Shown one piece after another: positions 33,855-44,400 of a DNA stretch of 64,000 bases. Positions within the stretch are counted from its first letter, which is position 1, and each line of letters begins with the position of its first letter. The notes under the pieces are model-generated. The model was given only the letters and a program-made list of their open reading frames with translations, did no database searches and had not been told where the DNA came from. The position numbers and the translations under genes were made by a program. The DNA is from Candidatus Eiseniibacteriota bacterium (lineage in GTDB: Bacteria > Eisenbacteria > RBG-16-71-46): assembly GCA_044222065.1 (NCBI GenBank), contig JBGAOA010000005.1, positions 1 through 64,000 of the forward strand, given 5' to 3'.

Positions 33855-35031
33855 TCAGAAGGGTCGCTGGAGCCTCAACGAGACGAGGAAGTCGCCGTCG
33901 GACGAGCGCTCGACGTCCCAGCGCGCATCGGAGTTGTTCCAGGCGCGGCCGACGTCGACGAACGCGAGCAGCTCGATTCCCGGATCGGAGGATCGGCCGA
34001 CGTACGGCCACAGGCTCAGCGCGTACTCCGCCTGGGCGAGCGCGAGCTGGTTTCCGCGGAACTCGGAGAAGGCGTGCGCGCGCAGGCCGTCCACGCCGCC
34101 CGCGACGAATTCTCGCTGGCGTGGCAGCGTGCCCGATCCGTTCGTGCCGGCGACGGCGCGCACCGAGAACGTCGTCGCGGGCGACAGCCGGAACACCGTG
34201 CGGAGATCGGCCAGCGCTCGCGTGTAGTCGAAGTCGCCGCCGAGGCCCGCGCCGCCGCGCTCGAACTCGATCCAGTGGTAGACGCCGGCGCGCGTGCCGC
34301 GGGTCCGGTGAACGAGCCGCTCGAGCCGCAGCTGGAACGCCCGGATGCGACCGTCGTCCACCGCCGGGTTCTCGCGCAGGGTCCGCCCCGCGTTCGTCCA
34401 GGATCGCGTGCCGCGCCGCAGTTCCAGGCTGCGGTAGTCGTCCGAGCGCACGTGCACGCTGACGGTCGAGAAGTCGGGCACGCGCCACGACAGGTAGGCG
34501 CCGAGGCCTTCGCGCTCGAAGTAGTCGCGCCAGTCCTGGCGCCCGAACAGCATCGCGAGCGTGTTCTCGAAGTCCTCGGTCTGCTGCAGGTCGAGATGAT
34601 CGGTGCGACGGACGAAGCTCGCGCCCACGGCGATGCGTCCCGGCGGGCGCAGCGGCTGTTCGATCTGGAATCCATAGAGCGTGCGCTCGCGGCCGAACGA
34701 GTATTCGAGTCGCCCGCCGACGCGCGGATACATCGAGCGCGTGATCTGCCACTGATGGCCGACGCCGAGTCGGAGCTGGTCCACTCGGTTGTAGTCGAGC
34801 AGCAGGTCTTCGTTGTGACGCCCGCGATCCTCGGAGCTCGCCGGCGCCGAGACTGTCGCCGCCGGTGGGCGTGAAGCGGAGGATCGCGCTCGTCGAATCC
34901 GATTGCGCGCGAGCCGGTGCGAAGGAGAAGGCGAGCGCCAAAACCAGCGCGAGCGGTGCGAGCAGCAGGCGGGCGTTCGGCGCACGGAGCGCCGGAGTCG
35001 CGGCGGGACGGGCCTGGGACCGGTCGTTCAC
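33855..35031 (-). pseudogene. BamA/TamA-like outer-membrane beta-barrel gene split by a frameshift
   Basis: The signal peptide (GTG 35031, LLLAPLALVLALAFSFAPARA) and the barrel body (DYNRVDQ, GGVDGLRAH, FVDVGRAW, terminal F) are in different frames, switching near 34830-34860. Confidence 0.55.
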
Positions 35032-35190
35032 GGGATCACCTCGGGGGGACGGAGCGTCTTTCGCGGGGAGCGTCCGCAAGCTCCGTTCCAGATACGCGAC
35101 GACGACGCGGCGCGGTTTCACGAAGTCCGAACGCGGGGCTCGCCCGGGAGCACTGTGGCGCGCACGCCACGCTCATGGCTCGCTCGCGCC

Positions 35191-36537
35191 TCAATGCCGG
35201 CGAATTCCGTACTTGCGCATCTTGCGGTGCAGGTTCGTCCGATCGATGCCGAGCCCCGCGGCGGCCTGCGTGACGTTCCAGTTCGCGCTCTCGAGCGCGC
35301 GGCGGATGGCGTCGGCCTCGCGACGGCCGATCTCGCCGCGCAACCCCACGCCGTCCGACTCCCCGGCGTCGTCCACGAGCCACGGCTCGAGGTCCACGTC
35401 GCGGAGCGTATCCCCTTCGACGAGGATCGCGGCGCGCTCCATCAGGTTTCGCAGTTCGCGCACGTTGCCCGGCCACGAGTAGGCCGTGAGAGCCTCGACG
35501 GCCTCGGGCGAAAGCGACTGCGGCGCGCGGCCCTCGGCGGCGGCGAAGCGCGCGAGGAAGTGCGCGGCGAGGAGCGGTATGTCCGTCCGTCGCTCACGCA
35601 GCGGAGGAACGACGAGCGGGAGCACGTTTAGCCGGTAGTAGAGGTCCTGCCGGAAGTCGCCGGCTTCGACCGCCCCGGGCAGGTCCTTGTTCGTTGCCGC
35701 GATCACGCGGACGTCGGCGCGCCCGGTCCGCGTGCCGCCGACACGCTCCACTTCTCCGGTCTCGATCGCACGCAGCAGCTTCGCCTGCGCTTCGAGCGAC
35801 AGGTCGCCGATCTCGTCGAGGAACAACGTGCCGCCGTCGGCGAGCTCGAGCCGTCCCTTCTTGCTCTGCATCGCGCCCGTGAACGCGCCCTTCTCGTATC
35901 CGAACAGCTCGCTCTCGACGAGGTCGCGCGGAATCGCGGCGCAATTGAGCTTCACGAACGGGCCCGAGGCGCGCTTGGAGAGTGCGTGGATCGCCTCGGC
36001 GACGAGTTCCTTGCCCGCCCCGTTTTCGCCCGTGATGAGCACGCGGCCCTGCGACGGCGCAACGCGGCGGATGCTCTCGACGAGCGCCTGCAGCGCCGGG
36101 CTGCGGCCGAGGAGTCCCGCGAGCGCGTCGTCGGTCACTTTCGGCTCCGGGGCGTTCGCGACGCCGGCGCGGCGGAGCCGGCCGAGCCGCGTGCACTCCG
36201 CGAGTGCGGCGAGCAGGCGTTCGGGATCCACGGGCTTCGAGATGAAGTCGAACGCGCCGAGCTGCCCCGCCTGGAACGCGTTGTCGAGCGTCGTCTCGCC
36301 GCTCACCATGAGCACGGCCGCCTGCGGCGCGGCATCGCGCAGCCGTCGGAGAACCTCGAGGCCCGACGGGCCGGGCATGCGGATGTCGAGCAGGATCACC
36401 TCCGGTGCGGCCTCGTCCGCCACTTTGAGCGCCTGCTCGCCGTCCGCTGCCTCGCGAACGGAATGGCCCTCGTCCGCGAGCACGCCGCGCAGCATCTTCC
36501 GGATCGCGGGATCGTCGTCCACCACGAGCACGTCCAT
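35191..36537 (-). CDS. Sigma54-dependent response regulator (NtrC/NtrX family)
   Basis: Receiver domain VLVVDDD..LLDIRMP, then GENGAGKE, ESELFGYEKGAFTGA, WPGNVREL and a Fis-type HTH. Confidence 0.93.
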   Translation of the reverse strand: MDVLVVDDDPAIRKMLRGVLADEGHSVREAADGEQALKVADEAAPEVILLDIRMPGPSGLEVLRRLRDAAPQAAVLMVSGETTLDNAFQAGQLGAFDFISKPVDPERLLAALAECTRLGRLRRAGVANAPEPKVTDDALAGLLGRSPALQALVESIRRVAPSQGRVLITGENGAGKELVAEAIHALSKRASGPFVKLNCAAIPRDLVESELFGYEKGAFTGAMQSKKGRLELADGGTLFLDEIGDLSLEAQAKLLRAIETGEVERVGGTRTGRADVRVIAATNKDLPGAVEAGDFRQDLYYRLNVLPLVVPPLRERRTDIPLLAAHFLARFAAAEGRAPQSLSPEAVEALTAYSWPGNVRELRNLMERAAILVEGDTLRDVDLEPWLVDDAGESDGVGLRGEIGRREADAIRRALESANWNVTQAAAGLGIDRTNLHRKMRKYGIRRH

Positions 36538-36551
36538 GCGGTTCCTCTCGT

Positions 36552-38081
36552 TCAGCCGCGCTGCGACTCGCCGTCGCCCGCGGAAAGGAGCGGCACGACG
36601 AGGCGCGCGCGCGCGCCTCCGCCGCTGCGATTCTCCAGCGTCACCTCGCCGCCGTGCCGGTTCGCGATGTCGCGCACGAGCGGAAGTCCGAGTCCGCTGC
36701 CGCGGCGCTTCGTGCTGACGTACGCCTCGAACAGCCGTTCGGCGGAACCTTCGGGCAATCCGGGCCCGCGGTCGAGCACTTCGACGGCGGCGCGCCGTCC
36801 CTCGGCGCGCGCGACGATCTCGATCTCGCCGCCCTCGGGGCTGGCCTCGCAGGCGTTGAGCGTCAGATTGTGCAGCGCCCGCGACAGCAGCATCGGATCG
36901 CCGCGCACCGGGAGCGCCGTGTCGGCCGCCACCGAGACCTTCACCGCGTGCCCGTCGTGGAGCGCCGCCACCCGGCGAGTGACCTCGGCGAGGTCCACGG
37001 TCTCGAAGCGCGGCTCGGGCAGCCGCGCGTACTGCGCGAACTGCTCCGCGAGCCGCGACAGGTGTTCGATCTCGTCCACGATCGCCTCGAGGCTCTCGCG
37101 CACCGCGACGCGCTCCGACTCGGGCACGGCATCGAGCCGGCGCTGCAGCCGGTGGAGCGAGAGCCGCATCGGCGTGAGCGGGTTCTTGATCTCGTGCGCC
37201 AGGTGGCGCGCGACTTCCCGCCACGCGGCTTCGCGTTCGGCCTGCTGCAACGACGCGCGCGCGCTCTCGAGGCTCGCCGTCATCTGGTTGAACGCGCCTC
37301 CGAGCGTACGCAACTCGCGCGCGCCGCGCGGCTGCACGCGCACCGCGAGGTCGCCGCCGGCGACGCGCGCGATCGCCGCGGACAGTTCTCCGAGCGGGCG
37401 CGACATGCCGCTCGCGAGCGTGCGTGCGAGCGCCAGCGAGACGATGCCGAGCGACACGACGAGCGCGCCGACGAGAAGCCACACGTAGCGACGCTGAAGC
37501 GGAACGAGCACGCCGAGCTGCCGGTAGCGATTGACGCCTTCGCCCACCGCGTCGAGCTTGCCGAAGTACTCCGGCTCGACCCAGAGGCCGGTCACGATCG
37601 CCCGCTCGGGGCCGAGGGGACTCGCCGCCGCGAGCGCGCCCGCGCCCGACTGGAGTTCGACGCCGTGAGTCAGTCCCGCGGGAAGGTCCGAACCGAGGTC
37701 GATCGCGTCCTCGGGTGCGTCCGGAACGGCCGCGAAGTGCTCGATTCGCACCCAGCGTCCCTCGCGCAGCTCGTAGAGCTGAACGAAGCTCAGGCCCGAC
37801 GCGCGCAGCTCGGCGCGCAATCCCGCTCGTTCGGCGTCCGAGAGCGTCCGTCCGGGCCAGCGCTCGGCCCACGACTCCGCGTGCGACAGCGCGATCGCGA
37901 GCAGCCGCCCGTGGTCGCCGCGGGCGACGTCGAGCGCGGATTCGAGCGCGCTCTGCACGCCCGGGCGGTACCAGCGCTGCGCCGATCGGTCGAGCTGCTG
38001 CAGCGTGAACGCGGTGAACAGTGCGATCGGAACCAGCGCGACCGCGAACAGCGCGAGCACCAGCCGCGAGCGGAGCGTCAC
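36552..38081 (-). CDS. HAMP sensor histidine kinase (NtrY-like)
   Basis: Two TM segments and a HAMP domain; AWREVARHLAHEIKNPLTP, DRGPG and GSGLGL. Confidence 0.92.
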   Translation of the reverse strand: MTLRSRLVLALFAVALVPIALFTAFTLQQLDRSAQRWYRPGVQSALESALDVARGDHGRLLAIALSHAESWAERWPGRTLSDAERAGLRAELRASGLSFVQLYELREGRWVRIEHFAAVPDAPEDAIDLGSDLPAGLTHGVELQSGAGALAAASPLGPERAIVTGLWVEPEYFGKLDAVGEGVNRYRQLGVLVPLQRRYVWLLVGALVVSLGIVSLALARTLASGMSRPLGELSAAIARVAGGDLAVRVQPRGARELRTLGGAFNQMTASLESARASLQQAEREAAWREVARHLAHEIKNPLTPMRLSLHRLQRRLDAVPESERVAVRESLEAIVDEIEHLSRLAEQFAQYARLPEPRFETVDLAEVTRRVAALHDGHAVKVSVAADTALPVRGDPMLLSRALHNLTLNACEASPEGGEIEIVARAEGRRAAVEVLDRGPGLPEGSAERLFEAYVSTKRRGSGLGLPLVRDIANRHGGEVTLENRSGGGARARLVVPLLSAGDGESQRG

Positions 38082-38100
38082 GTCCGTCGGATCGGGTCCA

Positions 38101-39174
38101 TCAGGCCCCCGGTCCCAGTCCTCCGAGCTGACCGCACGCCGCCCAGATCTCGCCGCCCATCGTCTGGCGAACGGTCACCGCGGGCGCCTGCGGGTAGAGC
38201 CGGTGCGCGAACGCCTCGACCGCCTCGGGTGTCGGTCGCTGGTAGGGAAGCCCGGGCACCGGGTTGTACGGGATCAGGTTGATCTTGCTCGGCAGCGCGC
38301 GCGCCATCGCGGCGAGCCGGTCCGCGTCTTCGGGGCCGTCGTTCACGCCGCCGAGCAGCGTGTACTCGAGCGTCACGCGGCGCCCCGTTCGCTGGCCGTA
38401 GCGTTTCGCCGCGGCGAGCAATTCCGCGATCGGCCAGCGCTTGTTGATCGGCACGAGCTCGTCGCGCAACGCGTCGGTCGTCGCGTGCAGCGAGATCGCG
38501 AGTCCCACCGGCAGTCCCGCGTCCGCCAGCTCTTCCATCTGAGGCACGAGTCCGCTCGTCGAGACCGTGATGCGGCGAGCGCCGAGGTTGAGTCCCTCGT
38601 CGTCGTGGAGGATGCGAATGGACTCGACCACGTTGCGCGTGTTCGCGAGCGGCTCTCCCATGCCCATGAAGACGATGTTGAATCGGTCCGCTTCCTCGCC
38701 GGCGCGCTCGGCCATGGTGAGGATCTGGGCGATGATTTCCTCGGGCCACAGGTTGCGCTTGAGGCCCATCAATCCCGTCGCGCAGAACGAGCACTTGAGC
38801 GCGCAACCCACCTGGCTCGAGACGCAGAACGTGAGGCCACGATCGGTGCGCATCGAGACGCACTCGACGAGGGAACCGTCCGAAAGTTCGAGCACGAACT
38901 TCACGGTCGCGCCGTCCGGGGTCGCGCGCGCCGTCTCGATGCGCGGCAGCGCGAGGTCGAGGATCGAGTGGAAGTCTCGCCGGAGAGCCGCCGGGAGATT
39001 CGTCATGCTCGCGGGATCGCGATGACGCTTGCGATAGACCCACGAGAACAACTGGGCGGCGCGATAGCCCGGAAAACCGCGCTGCCCGAGGTGTTCGGCG
39101 AGGGCGGCGCGAGAGAGGCCGAAGAAGTTCGGCGCACGCCCGGATGGGCTGGCGGAAGGGCTCGCGTGGGTCAT
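38101..39174 (-). CDS. rlmN: 23S rRNA m2A2503 methyltransferase RlmN
   Basis: CVSSQVGCALKCSFCATG, FMGMGEP, NLIPYN and AACGQL. Confidence 0.96.
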   Translation of the reverse strand: MTHASPSASPSGRAPNFFGLSRAALAEHLGQRGFPGYRAAQLFSWVYRKRHRDPASMTNLPAALRRDFHSILDLALPRIETARATPDGATVKFVLELSDGSLVECVSMRTDRGLTFCVSSQVGCALKCSFCATGLMGLKRNLWPEEIIAQILTMAERAGEEADRFNIVFMGMGEPLANTRNVVESIRILHDDEGLNLGARRITVSTSGLVPQMEELADAGLPVGLAISLHATTDALRDELVPINKRWPIAELLAAAKRYGQRTGRRVTLEYTLLGGVNDGPEDADRLAAMARALPSKINLIPYNPVPGLPYQRPTPEAVEAFAHRLYPQAPAVTVRQTMGGEIWAACGQLGGLGPGA

Positions 39175-39259
39175 AGGGGCTCGGGTCTCGGCCGCGCGAA
39201 AGCTAACAGAGCAAATTTGTTGCGGTCAACGCGCGCATGATGATATGCATCGCCGTGCA

Positions 39260-39874
39260 ATGAACTCGAAAGCGCTGGATCGTCGTGCCCGGCTGGCGTG
39301 CGTGCTCGAGGCGTCGCGATTCAACATCGTCTCGCGACTCTCGGCGACTCGGGGACTTTCCGTGAGCGCGCTCGCGCGCGAGATCGGCCTTTCGCAGTCC
39401 TGCACCACTCGACATCTCCAGGTGCTTCAGCGCCACGGACTCGTCCGTGGTCGACGGGTCGGCAAGGAAGTCCGCTTCGAACTCGTCGGTGATCGCCCCG
39501 AGGTCGCACTGCTCGCGAGCTGGTTCGACGTCGAGGGGGACGTGCCGGGACCTGGCGATGCGGAACAGCGGACTGTCCGCGTGAACCCGCGCGGGCGCAC
39601 GCCGACCCGTTCGTCCAACTCGCGCCGCGCGGGTGCCGAGGCCAGCCCGCGATCGAGCGCGGCGCTGGCGCGCGACGGGTCCCGCGACGATAATGCCGCG
39701 CTTCCGCCGGACACCCGCAGCGATGCCGAAGGCCAGACTCGTGTTCGTTCGGAGCCCGGGGATCCCGAGGGAGTCGAGTCCGCGAACTCGGAGCCCGCGG
39801 GACTCGGAGCGCCCACCTCGGAAGGCTCCGCTTCGCACCGCCGTTCCGACGACATCGAGGATTTCCTCCTGTGA
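39260..39874 (+). CDS. ArsR/SmtB-family HTH regulator with a long disordered C-terminal tail
   Basis: SRFNIV..LSVSALAREIGLSQSCTTRHLQVLQRHGLV..RVGKEVRF. The start may be 39245 instead. Confidence 0.75.
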   Translation: MNSKALDRRARLACVLEASRFNIVSRLSATRGLSVSALAREIGLSQSCTTRHLQVLQRHGLVRGRRVGKEVRFELVGDRPEVALLASWFDVEGDVPGPGDAEQRTVRVNPRGRTPTRSSNSRRAGAEASPRSSAALARDGSRDDNAALPPDTRSDAEGQTRVRSEPGDPEGVESANSEPAGLGAPTSEGSASHRRSDDIEDFLL

Positions 39875-40863
39875 GTGCCGCCAGACCTATGCGTGTTGGT
39901 GCAATTGATCTCGGATCGAACTCGATCCGACTCCTGGTCGCCGACGTCACTCCCGGTGCCGATGGCGTGCTCGCGCTCGAAACGGTGGCCCGAGCGGGTG
40001 AGCCGTGCCGACTCGCCCGAGGCCTCGACCGTACCGGGCGCATCGACGAGGCCGCCGGGGAGCGGGCCGCCGTACTCGCGGTGGAGTTCCTGCGCCGGGC
40101 GCGATCGCTCGGTGCGCGACACGTCGTCTTCGGAGCCACGGCTGCGCTGCGGTCCAGCGACAACGGCGCCGAAATCGCACGCCTGCTCGAGGCGCGGTGC
40201 GGCATTCCGGTCCGGATTCTCAGCGGTGAGGACGAAGCGCGGCTGGTCTACCGCGCGGTTGTGTCGCGGCTCGATGCGCCGGTTCGCCGCTCGCCATGCG
40301 TCGTTTTCGACATCGGCGGTGGCAGCACAGAGGTTGTCAGCGGGCTCGGTGCGGAGCCGGGGCGCTGGGCGAGCCTGCCCATCGGCGCAGTGAACTTGAC
40401 CGAGAAGTTCCTGCACTCCGACCCGGCCCATTCGCAGGAGATCGCCGATCTCGAGGCGGCCGTGGATTCCCAAATCATGCATTGGTGTGCATACATGCCG
40501 CCGACGACGCCCGTGCTCGCCGGGGTCGGCGGCACCGTCACCTTGCTGGCCGGACTGGATCGCGGGCTTTCGAGCCACGAGCCCAATCTTCTCGAGGGCC
40601 ACCGAATCCCGATTGCGCGACTGGAGTCCTGGGTGTCGGAACTGGTTGCGGCCCCCCACGGCGTTCGGCTCTCGATGCCGCTGATGGGGGAGGGACGGGC
40701 GGACATCGTCGTGGCGGGGGCGCTGGTCGTTCGTGCGCTCGCGCGCCGATTTCCCTCCGAGGCCCTCGTTTGTTCGACTCAGGGACTCCGATATGCGCTC
40801 GCGCGAGTGGCGGCGGAGGAAGCGATCGCGAGCGACCCCGGGGATCTCGAACAAAGTCGTTGA
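39871..40863 (+). CDS. ppx: Ppx/GppA exopolyphosphatase family protein
   Basis: AIDLGSNSIRLLV, ATAALR, ILSGEDEA, DIGGGSTE, GRADIVVAG and GLR. Confidence 0.9.
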   Translation: MSAARPMRVGAIDLGSNSIRLLVADVTPGADGVLALETVARAGEPCRLARGLDRTGRIDEAAGERAAVLAVEFLRRARSLGARHVVFGATAALRSSDNGAEIARLLEARCGIPVRILSGEDEARLVYRAVVSRLDAPVRRSPCVVFDIGGGSTEVVSGLGAEPGRWASLPIGAVNLTEKFLHSDPAHSQEIADLEAAVDSQIMHWCAYMPPTTPVLAGVGGTVTLLAGLDRGLSSHEPNLLEGHRIPIARLESWVSELVAAPHGVRLSMPLMGEGRADIVVAGALVVRALARRFPSEALVCSTQGLRYALARVAAEEAIASDPGDLEQSR

Positions 40864-40999
40864 CCCTCTCCTCGAGCCGGGCGGATACTTCGGGCGGCAA
40901 AGCAGGCCACAACCCCTCTTTTCCAGTGCGGCCACGGGTGCTGTCCCGACGGCCGTTTCGTGTATCCGTCGTTCAATGCCAGTGAAGGAGCAGTTCCGA

Positions 41000-41317
41000 A
41001 TGCAGAGGTTGCGCAGCCAGCTCCTGATCGCACTGGTCCTCGCGGTCCTCAGCATTCCGACCGTGACCGGGATCGCGCACGCTCGAAAGAGGGTTCTTTC
41101 GGACGGCGGCGCGTCTACGTCACTGCCGGGAAGACAGTCCGGTGCGTTCTCGGGTGAACCGGACGGTCACACGGCCCCGCCGCAGAGCACTGCGCCGCGG
41201 CTGGGTGCTGGAGTCGCGGGTGGCGAAACGCAGCTGATGGTCGGCTCGAAGAGCCTCGGTCAGTGGTTTCGCTGGGCCGGCACGGTTTGGAAGGTGAGGT
41301 ACCTGGCGCGTCACTAG
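41000..41317 (+). CDS. Small secreted protein (105 aa), candidate signalling-peptide precursor
   Basis: ATG 41000 follows an AAGGAG SD. Signal peptide MQRLRSQLLIALVLAVLSIPTVTGIAHA, a Gly/Ser/Pro-rich middle with SGEPDG, and a Trp-rich amphipathic C-terminus. Confidence 0.68.
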   Translation: MQRLRSQLLIALVLAVLSIPTVTGIAHARKRVLSDGGASTSLPGRQSGAFSGEPDGHTAPPQSTAPRLGAGVAGGETQLMVGSKSLGQWFRWAGTVWKVRYLARH

Positions 41318-41422
41318 TGGTGCAACTCGATCGCGCCACCGCGCCAGTCTGTTCGCCAGACCACTCGGAACGAACCGCCGAGTGGTCCAACCGGGTTCGT
41401 AGCACAACGAGGGTTCGTCACA

Positions 41423-44400
41423 GTGCAGAGAGCGATCCCCCCCGATCTTTCTCGTGCTGACTCGCTCGCGCCGAATTCCGTTCGGCAGCACGAAGCGATC
41501 GGTGATCTGCATCTGGCCGCCGACCAATTCGCCGGCGCCGTGGAGGCCTACTCCGCGGCCCTCGCCGAACTGGGCGGCGAGCCGCGTTCGGAACGCGGCC
41601 GCCTGCTGCTCCGGCTCGCCGACGCTTCGATTCGCCGTTCCGACCTCGATCTGGCGCTGACCGCGCTCAACGAGGCTCGGGGCATCGCGCGTCAGTCGGG
41701 CGACCTCGCCCTGTCCGCACGCGCTTCCGCGTTCTTCGTGATGGTGCACCTCGAGCGCGGCAACTATCGACGAGCGCGCCGCTACGGCCTGTTCGCCTAT
41801 CGCGTGCTGCGTGGCTCCGACGATCACCGGACCGTCGGCCACGTCGAACTGCACCTCGGCGTGTGCGCCGAGATGCTCGGACGCCGGCCCGAGGCGATCG
41901 AGTGGCTGCAGAACGCCGCAGCGACCTTCCGGCGCATCGACGACGTCGAAGGTCTGGTTTGCGCGCTGAACGAACTCGGCATCGTCTACAAGAACATGCG
42001 CGAATGGCGTGAGGCGACTCGCTTCCTCGAACAGGCGCTGCGCCTCGACGAGCGCGCCGGGCTGTACGAGCGCATGCGGACGCACAATCAGAACCTCGGC
42101 CTGATTCGCTACCGTCTCGGCCAGTGGGATCTCGCGGAGGAGAACTTCCGTCAGTCGTTGCGCATCGCGCGCGAGACCGGGCACCAGGTTGGCGAAGCGA
42201 TCGCGCTCCTCGCCTTCGGCATGCTGTACCGCCGCCGCCGCCAGCTCGGGCGCGCCGCGGAGCACTACCGTTCGGCGCTCGAGATCGCGGCGCCGCTCGG
42301 CGCGTGGCGCGAGGTCGCGCTCGCGCGCGAGTTCCTCGCCGAGATCGAACTCGACCGCGGCAATGGCGCGGGTGCCATGGCGCTCCTAGAGCCCGCGCTC
42401 GAGGACGCGAACGCGCGTGCGCCGGAAGGCGACATGGCGATGGAACTGTCCATTCGCGTCGGCATGGCGCATCTCGCGAGCGGCCGCGCGGAGCCCGCGC
42501 AGCGTTACCTGCTGGCCGGCCTCGCACTGGCCGAGCAGCTCGGTGATCGCATCGAGTCCGCGATCGCTGAGCGCGCGCTCGGACGGCTCGAGGCGACGCG
42601 CGGCAACGCCGCCGCCTTCGAGACGCGCATTCGTTCGGCCGCCTCGTGCTTCGAGCAACTCGGTGAGACCTACGAACTCGCGCTCACGCTTGCGACCTGG
42701 GCCGAGGGCGCGTTCCTGCTGCCGACGAGCACACGCCTCAAGCTGCTGCTCGAACCGGTCGGCGACGCGGCCCGACGCGCGGCGACGCTGTTCCGCCAGC
42801 TCGGCATCCCATCGCTCGCCGCCGAGTGCTACCTGAACCTTTCGCGGCTCGAGTCCGAACGCGAACACTTCGATTTCGCGCTCGGTCTGCTGGAGCAGGC
42901 CGAGTCGTGGCTCGCAGAATCCGAGGATCCCGACGTCGCGGAGCGCGCGGAAGCGCTGCGGCGCGATCTCGAGCGCCAGTACGTCGCAGTCTCGCTCTCG
43001 ACCTGCAACGAATTCCGTGCGCTCGAAGACGCGAACCGGCTGTTCCGCGAGACCGCGGACATGGATGGTCTGCTGAACCAGGCGGTGCGGCTCGCCGTCG
43101 AACACGCCGGCGGTGACCGCGGATTCGTCGCGTTCACGAACGGCGGCGCGCGGCTCGACGTCGTCGCGCAGCACGGACTCGGACGCGAACGTGCGCGCCG
43201 CATCCTGCGCGTGCTCGAACAAGTCGGCGGCAGCCGGCTCGCTGAGAACGGTCCTCTGTTCTCGAGCCGAGTCACTGCCGATCCGCGGTTCTCGGTCTCG
43301 GTCGTGGACGCGCTCGATGGCGTCGGCTCGCTCGTCTGCGTCCCGCTCAACTTCCCATCGCAGTCGGTAGGACTCGTCTACGTGGATCGGCTCAACGACA
43401 GCCTGCTCGGCGCCTTCAAGCAGCGCGAGCTCAACCTGCTCGCCGTGCTCGCGAACAGCGCCGCGGTGGCGATCGTCGAAGCGCAGCGTTCACGCCTGCT
43501 CGAAGAGAATCGGCAGTTGCGTGATCGCCTCAAGCCGAGCCCCGGCATGGAGCGGGTGGTCTCTCAGTCCCGTGAGATCCAGAGCATCCTGCAGCTGCTG
43601 CAGAAGGTGAGCGACAGCCCGGCCACGGTGCTCTTCATGGGCGAGACTGGGACCGGCAAGGGGCTGCTCGCGCAGGTCGTGCACGAGAGCTCGGCGCGGC
43701 GCGACCGCCCCTTCATCCAGGTCAATTGCGCGGCGATCCCCGAGCACCTGCTCGAGAGCGAGCTGTTCGGCTACGTGCAGGGCGCCTTCACCGGCGCGAT
43801 GCGCGACAAGACCGGGCTTTTCGAGGAGGCCGAAGGCGGGACGTTGTTCCTCGATGAGATCGAGAAGATTCCCGAGACCGTGCAGGCCAAGCTTCTCCAC
43901 GTGCTGGATCGCAGCGAGATTCGCCCCGTCGGAGCGGCGCGCAGTCGACGCGTGGACACGCGAGTGATCTGCGCGACGGGATGCGATCTCCGCGATCGGA
44001 TCCGGGAGCGCCGGTTCCTCGAGGACCTGTACTACCGGCTGAACGACATCACGGTGCGCGTGCCTCCGCTTCGCGAACGCCGCGAGGACATCCCGCTCCT
44101 CGCGCAGTACTTCCTCACGAGCTTCTCGCGCCAGATGGATCGTTCGATTGCGGGCTTCTCCGCGCCCGTGATGCAGGCGCTGCTCGAGCACACGTGGCCC
44201 GGCAACGTGCGTGAGCTCGAGAAAACCGTGAAGCGCATGGTGGTGCTCGCGGATGACGGCGCGACGCTGGACGTGGATCTTCTTCCGCCCGACCTCCGGG
44301 AGAGCACGCGGCCGGCGAGCACGGAGCTTCGGGTGGTGAGCCGCACGCTCAAGTCGAACGTCGTGAATCTCGAGCGGCAGCTGATCGCCGAGGCGCTCGA

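Noticed and set aside
40891..40912. GGCAAA as part of a c-di-GMP-I riboswitch
   Set aside because: The GNRA-capped stem and the downstream GCAAAG arrangement are not present.
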